Shown here: positions 57,541 to 64,000 of the stretch, one piece after another
Layout of the letters: each line of letters begins with the position of its first letter
How positions within the stretch are numbered: position 1 is the stretch's first letter
Assembly: GCF_009914755.1 (NCBI RefSeq)
Contig: NC_060942.1
Direction: 5' to 3' (one strand)
Length of the DNA stretch: 64,000 bases
From: the human T2T-CHM13v2.0 reference genome, Homo sapiens
The notes under the pieces: generated by a model
The model's input: the letters and a program-made list of their open reading frames with translations, nothing else
Told to the model about the DNA's origin: nothing
Databases searched by the model: none
Made by a program: the position numbers and the translations under genes

Positions 57541-57822
57541 CAGCTGTGAGTCACTTAAGGGCTAGGATACATTCTGAGAAATGTGTCATAAGGAAATTTC
57601 ATCATTGTGTGAACATCATAAAGTGAACTTACACAAACCACAATAGTACAACTTACTACACACCTGAGCTGTATGTTATAGCCTATTGCTCCCAGTTTTT
57701 AAACCTGTACAGCATGCTACTGTACTGAATAGTGTGAGTCATTGTAATGGTATTTGTGTATCTAAACATCTCTTACTATAAATACAGTAAAAATATAGTA
57801 CTATAGTCTTATATATGAGATC

Positions 57823-57853
<31 letters not shown>

Positions 57854-57909
57854 CACATTGTACATGTGGTCCATCATAGATCAAAACATAGTTATGTAGC
57901 ACATGGCTG
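57541..57909 (+). mobile_element. Tigger3a-like (TcMar-Tigger) element containing a (GT)14 tract at 57823-57850
   Basis: TA|CAGCTGTGAGTCACTTAA...GATACATTCTGAGAAATGTGTC...ATAGCCTATTGCTCC...AAACCTGTACAGCATG...GTTATGTAGCACATGGCTG. Confidence 0.88.
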
Positions 57910-58169
57910 TGTTTAATTTTAATAACATTAGAAATTGGATTGCTTTGAGGACCCTGTAAGGCAGCTTTAGGTACATCCTATTTCACATGTAAATAGATAA
58001 TATTGAGGTATAGATATATTTTTATATATATAGATATATATAGATGATTTACAGAGTAAAATTTTTCAGTAACACAATACTATTTAATAGTCTCTCCCTT
58101 AGAATTCTGGAGCTGAAATGAACTGTACAGACAAACAAACTCATTTTGTTTCACATACAGAAAAGAAAT

Positions 58170-58285
58170 ATCTCCAAGACAATATAAATAACTTCTCCAA
58201 GGTCACTTAGCTGAATGGAGGCAGAGCCAGAAAAAACTCAGGTATCCTGATCTCCAGCCATAAACTGTTTCCTCTAAACCATTTT
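58170..58285 (-). mobile_element. MIR remnant
   Basis: ATAACTTCTCCAAGGTCACTTAGCTGAATGGAGGCAGAGCCAG. Confidence 0.6.
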
Positions 58286-60783
58286 TCCTCATTTGTGCCC
58301 TGCTCTCCCCGGCAGCCTGGCTCAAATTGCTTCCTTACTCATTCATATTTGCTGCCTCCAAACTCATCATACTCTCCCTTCCAGCTCTGAGTCCATATGG
58401 CCATGCTCATCTGGGAGGAGGATGTCTGAAATTGCCGCCATCACGCCATCCCCTTCCAACCATGTGAGTAGGCCAGAAAATGACTTTTGGGCACTATTAA
58501 CCTGAGTTGGCTGGGATTCAGGGACACTGAGGTGAAACACCCTCCATTGTGTTTTTAAGGCCTGGAGCCAGTCTCTGGCCTTCTGCAAACCGTGATTCCT
58601 CTGGGAACTTAAAACGCAGTTTCTGTATATTTTTCAGATGACCCCATTGTAAACAGGAGCACAGGGCAGAAAAAAAAAAAAGATCCTATTTACCAGGAGT
58701 TACAAAAGAAATATATTCTGAGTGCCCAACGTGGGTGAAAAACTTTGTAAATAAACAAATATAACCTAAATCCTTAGGTCCAGTGAAACATGAAGGTCTC
58801 ACTCACATATGAAGGATATGCTGTTTACCACTTACTTCTCTTTGCAATCTCTAGGGCAAGACTACTGTGAGCTGAAATACCCAGGGAACACTTTCCAAAA
58901 GAAGTAAGAACTGAGATATGTTAGAACAATTCTATGGTATTATGTTTTGTTTTGTTCTGTTGTGATGGCAAATTTCAGAGCCAAATTACCACACTCATAA
59001 AAGTGGTATGATTTGCAGTTTCCAAAATTTCCCTTTGCCAAAATATGTTTATTCATATCCTGCCATATTCATGCCATATTCATCATAGTCATGCCACCTA
59101 AAATTTCCACAAACATTTCTTCTCTCAATTAAAATAATCAGAGGACTTGCAAAACACACTTATCTAATATATTTTTTCAGGTAATTCTCACTGACAGAAA
59201 ATTCCATAGACAATGACTCAAAGGAGAGGGTAGTTTTGATAAGGAGATGTAGAGAAGGATCACATATTCATGGTGCTACTTTGGGAGAACTGTTATAGAT
59301 GAGGTTCTATGGTCAAGGGACAGAGTCATGGGCAGTGGAGGAGGGCGCATGAAGTTCCAGGGTGCCTGACAGGAATAGAGAAAGATAAAGGCAGAGTTAA
59401 GGGTAAAAAGGACATCAAAGACACACTTTTTGCATTTTGAAATTCTGCCTAAATCTGCAGAAGAGACCTTCCTCCTGGCCATGGCTCAGCTGGAGCGCAG
59501 CTGTTCACAGCAAGCCTGGCATTCATTGGGCTAGTTAAGGACCAAGGCCACCTAGACCAAAGACTGCTAGAGGGCACTGAAAAATAACCTTCTTTCCCCA
59601 GAACAGGAGTCAAAGGGCTTGGGACAGATGAGTAGAAAATGTGGCTAACTTCCTGTTCTCTCTGGCCTCAGCTAATGCCTAGGGAAATGAAATTTGTTTG
59701 CCCTTTTAACATTTACCTGACTATTTAACTACAAATAGTAATGCTAGCCCTAAAATGATCCTTCATGCTTTAGAGAATCGGCCATTAATGTGTCCAATTG
59801 ACCTTCTGCAGTAGTGAATTGTCTCCATTGACTACATTTTCCATGTACAAATCTTTAGTAATAAATTTACTGATTCCAGAAGTCAATAAACTGAATGGCT
59901 TTTGTGTCCCTAACAGGTATGAATAAATTAGATCTCTAGGCAAATGAACTCAGTGGAAGTTTGTACATTTTCTTTTTGTAAAAGATGGATCTTTGGGGGC
60001 TTTCTTTTCTGCTTTCCAGAGTCAGCAGAGGATTGCTCTTATGGCTCATCAACATGCATGTGCACTCCCCATATAAGAAAAGACTTGGTTTAGTCTTGCT
60101 TATTCATCACAAAGTCTATGCCTACATATGGCCAACAAATTGAGCATTTTGTGCATGATCCAGATTTGCAGCTGCCTTATGGCTCAGCTGATTGACTCAT
60201 CAATGCTACAGACTAAATTAGCCACTAAGATACCTTTAAGTCACACACAAAATGTGTATTTATTTCTTTTTTCCATTAGGGTTTATACAGGTAGAATGCA
60301 TGGTGGTCATTTTTATATAAAACCCAGGTGGTAGTAGGCACTATGCAAAGAGGACCTGGATAAAATATTATTACTATTGACTACATAATCAAGATATATG
60401 AAGGAAATCCCCTAAGGTTTCCTTAATGATTCAAAGGGGATAAAATATGAATACCTTTAAGTTATGGTCCTAGCCTTGTTGCTAATGAGGATGTTTGGCT
60501 GTACAGAATCATTTAGAATCTTTGCTTTGGATGAATTGGGTTACTTATTAACTCTTTAAAATGCTTTACATTTTGCTGTGCAGTTTTTCAAAAGTTTCTT
60601 CTTTTCAGTAATGACTACCATTCACTACTCACTCATATTTTCTAATGCATTTCTTCTTTTGGTCATTCAGCAAGCATTTTTGTAAGCTCACTGTGCTGAA
60701 TGCTGAGAATAAAATGGTAAATGTATTTGACCCTTCCCAAAATAAAATTTTAGTCTCCTAGGAGAGATAGAACTAATTGTGAT

Positions 60784-60816
<33 letters not shown>
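60784..60816. repeat. (GA)n microsatellite
   Basis: Direct inspection. Confidence 0.93.
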
Positions 60817-60851
60817 CTTTGAAAATGACTGCAATAGAATATAAGTAATAT

Positions 60852-61145
60852 GTCTGGGTACAATGGCTCATGCCTGTAATCCAATCACTTTGGGTGACCA
60901 AGGTGAGGGACAACTTGAGGCCAGGAGTTTGAGGCCAACCTGGACAACATAGCAAGACTTTATCTCTACAAAAAATAAAAATACAAAATTAGCTGGACAT
61001 GGTGGCAAATGCCTGTACAGCCCTAGCTACTTGGGATAATTGCTTGAGCCCAGGATTTCAAGGTAAACACAGCTATGGAAGCTCCACTGCACTCCAGCCT
61101 AGGTGATGGAATAAAATCCCACTGCTGCTGCTGCTGCTGCAAAAA
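60852..61145 (+). mobile_element. Diverged AluJ ending in (CTG)6
   Basis: CTGGGTACAATGGCTCATGCCTGTAATCC...TTGAGGCCAGGAG...TTGCTTGAGCCCAGGA; CTG x6 at 61122-61139. Confidence 0.9.
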
Positions 61146-63714
61146 GGAAGAAGTAATAAAAATAAGGTATGTGAAAAATACCTTATAAAATAAATAAAAA
61201 ATAAAATAAAATAAATAAAAATACCTCAATAATTACAACAAAATTCTCCAAACTCTACTCCCCACCCCAAAATAAATGAGACTTTAGAATGGAGGGGAAT
61301 ACTTGGGCTTCAACTCAAACATGTTTTCAAGCCAAGTAGGAGGAAATGATAAATTCAAGTAGTATAAATGGCACAAACATCAGCTCAGAGTCATGAAACA
61401 GTATGACATATTTGGAAAATTGATAACAGGTGTCATTGGAACACAAACATTGTGAGGAAGCGTGTAAGAAAACTAGGAAATGAGAATGGAGAGACGTACA
61501 GTAGGAAGTGATAGGGACCAAACCCTGGGGGTGCCTAAGAGCTTAGGCTATGTTCTCCAGTGAGGAGAGGGAGTAATGTGCATGATTATATTTACACTCT
61601 AGAGAGATCATTCAATTAGATGTGAGTAGACACTGTAGTTAAGAAAGCTGATTGAAAGATTACCCCATAGATGTATAAAGAGACTCACATTAGAATAGTG
61701 GTAGGCAGAATGCAAAGAACAGCTAGGTAGATGTCAGAGATATGTATGTTCAAAGTAAGAATTAATAAATAATTGGATCTAGAGATAAGAAGAGGAAAGA
61801 AACAGTTGAAGGTGATTTGAAAATATCTGGCCTATGTGACTAGGGGCAAGTTAATTCCATTAATTGGCAAGGCAAATATCAGAGCAACATTGTCAGAGTT
61901 GGGGCAGAGAAGAGCACAGAAAAGAAGTACAATTTATGGTTCCTTTAGTATATCCAGGTGAAAATAGCCACTTGATCACTGGAAACACCAATTTGGAGCT
62001 CAAGAAACATGCTCAGGGTAGACTTATACTTTAGAGAAAATTATACTGGAGGACATAATAATAAAAACTATGCAGTTATATGAAAGCCTCCACATATTAA
62101 GAATATATGATCAAGGTAGCCTCAGACAGAGAGGCAGTTGCAAAATTTCTGTGGATTTCACAGTTAAGTAAACACCAAATGGATATCAAATGTCTGTTTC
62201 ATTTTGTTCTCCAGAGCAGTTTATTCTGCATATTGCTTTATATTTTTAATTTTTACATACTTTCCTTAAGGCTGGCTATTCCCATTAACAAATAGCATTG
62301 GCATGATGATCTGTTAAAACATGGCTTTTGTTTCAGAAAAGCATGATATGGAACCAAGCATATTATCAAATGAAGAAAAAAATTAAAAGATGAGGAATAT
62401 GCTCCATGTCATTGAGAATTCTTAATGTTTTTAATCAAATCTAACTCCATTTCCATAGAGCAACGTGAGTTGTCTTGACTACTTTATGCTGAGTTATTCA
62501 CAGAATATTTCTCAGAAAAGGTGAGATGTGAAACCCATTTAAAAAATGGGCTGGATGAACAGATAGAGAAAGAGCTTGATAGTCACTTAAGAGAATGAAT
62601 ATAAATTATCAAGTTTTTGCATCAGGCAGAGAAGAACTTAACAAAAAGAACCTAGGGTTAATGAATCTTGGATTCATTAACAGAAAACACAATGTCCAGC
62701 CTCCTGTTCATGGACAAAGTCTTATAAGAAATTACTGTAGTTTCTTATTCCATACGTTTGTCTCTGGCTAAAGCTTCAACTGCTTCTATGAAACTACCAT
62801 CTTTAGTGTCATCCAGGATTGCTTTATTGCTACACGCAGGGGACATTTATGCTGGATCACTCTTTAGCTTTTCCCGTTGTGAAATATTCTTCATTGTCAA
62901 TTCTTTCTTTCATTAATTTTTGCTATGTCTTATTCTTCTATTGGTCTTTTAAACCTGTTAGACACTTGTTCTCAGGCTTCTTTTTTTTAATTCTTATTCT
63001 TAAAATCTTTTTTACCACAAAATAAAAAATAAATACAGGTGCAAAATTTCCTTGTAACTAACACCTAAGTCAAGAAACAGTTTTCCCAGCCACTCCAGAA
63101 AGCCTATCCCTGTGCTAATTAGACTCTTCTCTTCCACTAAGAGAAGCCACTATTTTGACTTATAGAATAAGTGCCTATGGTACATCCTTAAACCCTATGG
63201 TTTTTCCCTTTATTTAAATGTCTTTAAGTCTGAATGTTCCACAGACTCTCTGTGACCCCACCTTCATTTGTGGCAGAATCTGCCTTATTCAAGGAAAGAA
63301 ATATTTCTTGAGCCCCTATTGTGTGCTGTCTTGTAATTGACTCTTCATTTTATAGGTCAGGTAAGAGGTAAGGAGAAGTTTGACTTCCTATCTTCCTAAC
63401 TAGTATAAGGGCAGGGAGGGGATGAGGAGATAGCAAAAGAATATTCACTCCCCAAACTCAGTGTTCTTTCCACATACTCCTCAAATTTCCAGCCAAATGA
63501 TTAATCTCATGGACAAAGCTTCTAGGAGAGGAAATGGAAATGCCAGAGAGGGGCAAAAGGAGCCACCTGGAATATGTGCTACAGGCTACTGTGCTTAACC
63601 ACTCCCAGGAATGTGGAGACGTGCATGTCCATGAAACTGAATACAGTAACAGCACACAGTGAGTGCGCCATTACTCTGTTCCCCATGCAAACATGATGGA
63701 AATCAGGTGTGTTT

Positions 63715-63845
63715 TTGGAAACCCTTATTACCTCTCCTGTAATGGTGGAAATAGCAAGACTAGAGACACCAAAAGATTAGCTTAAGGTCACCCTGTAGGT
63801 GCTGGCAGAGAAAGAAACAGAAACTTGTCTCTCCCAGTGCCTCAC
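63715..63845 (-). mobile_element. MIR remnant
   Basis: TTATTACCTCTCCTGTAATGGTGGAAA...AAGGTCAC...GCTGGCAGAG. Confidence 0.5.
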
Positions 63846-64000
63846 GGAGGTGACCTCAGGAATCTGAGTTTACAATAACGCAGGAACTTAAGGAGCTAAT
63901 GGTTCCTTGAGCCAGAGGAAACAGACTCAAACTGAATTCTGGGAGAATTTCTTCTGGTGAGTGATGGCCAGTCCAAGAGAGATCTTCCCTGGAGGTCTAG

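Larger units (their letters stand above)
60640..62100 (-). mobile_element. Degenerate L2 remnants flanking the AluJ
   Basis: CATTCAGCAAGCATTTT...CTGTGCTGAATGCTGAGAATA (L2 3' end, reversed); purine-rich L2-like body; boundaries approximate. Confidence 0.55.

Noticed and set aside
63405-63430. Possible G-quadruplex GGGCAGGGAGGGG
   Set aside because: Only three G3+ runs

Overview
Primate (human-like) nuclear DNA, AT-rich (roughly one-third GC by eye, not computed), CpG-depleted, with no CpG island. It reads as a gene desert or the inside of a very large intron. I find no supportable protein-coding gene, tRNA, rRNA or CRISPR array, and no evidence for a new multi-gene system. The ORF track is explained by Alu, L1 and THE1 translations, low-complexity tracts and chance ORFs. 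The window holds 11 Alus, a 5'-inverted (twin-primed) L1PA7-like insertion nested in an older L1M, a short L1PA4/5-like 3' end, several old L1M/L2/MIR remnants, two THE1 LTRs, MLT1-type LTRs, an ERVL pol remnant, MER58 and Tigger3 DNA transposons, and many microsatellites. Subfamily calls come from remembered consensus sequences, and boundaries of old elements are approximate. Best leads: (1) a candidate 12-nt minus-strand neural-type microexon at 53528-53539; (2) a perfect 40-bp palindrome around a (TA)n tract at 11747-11786; (3) the twin-primed L1; (4) motif clusters in unique DNA near 29.2, 45.9 and 59.5 kb. The host locus cannot be named from sequence alone.
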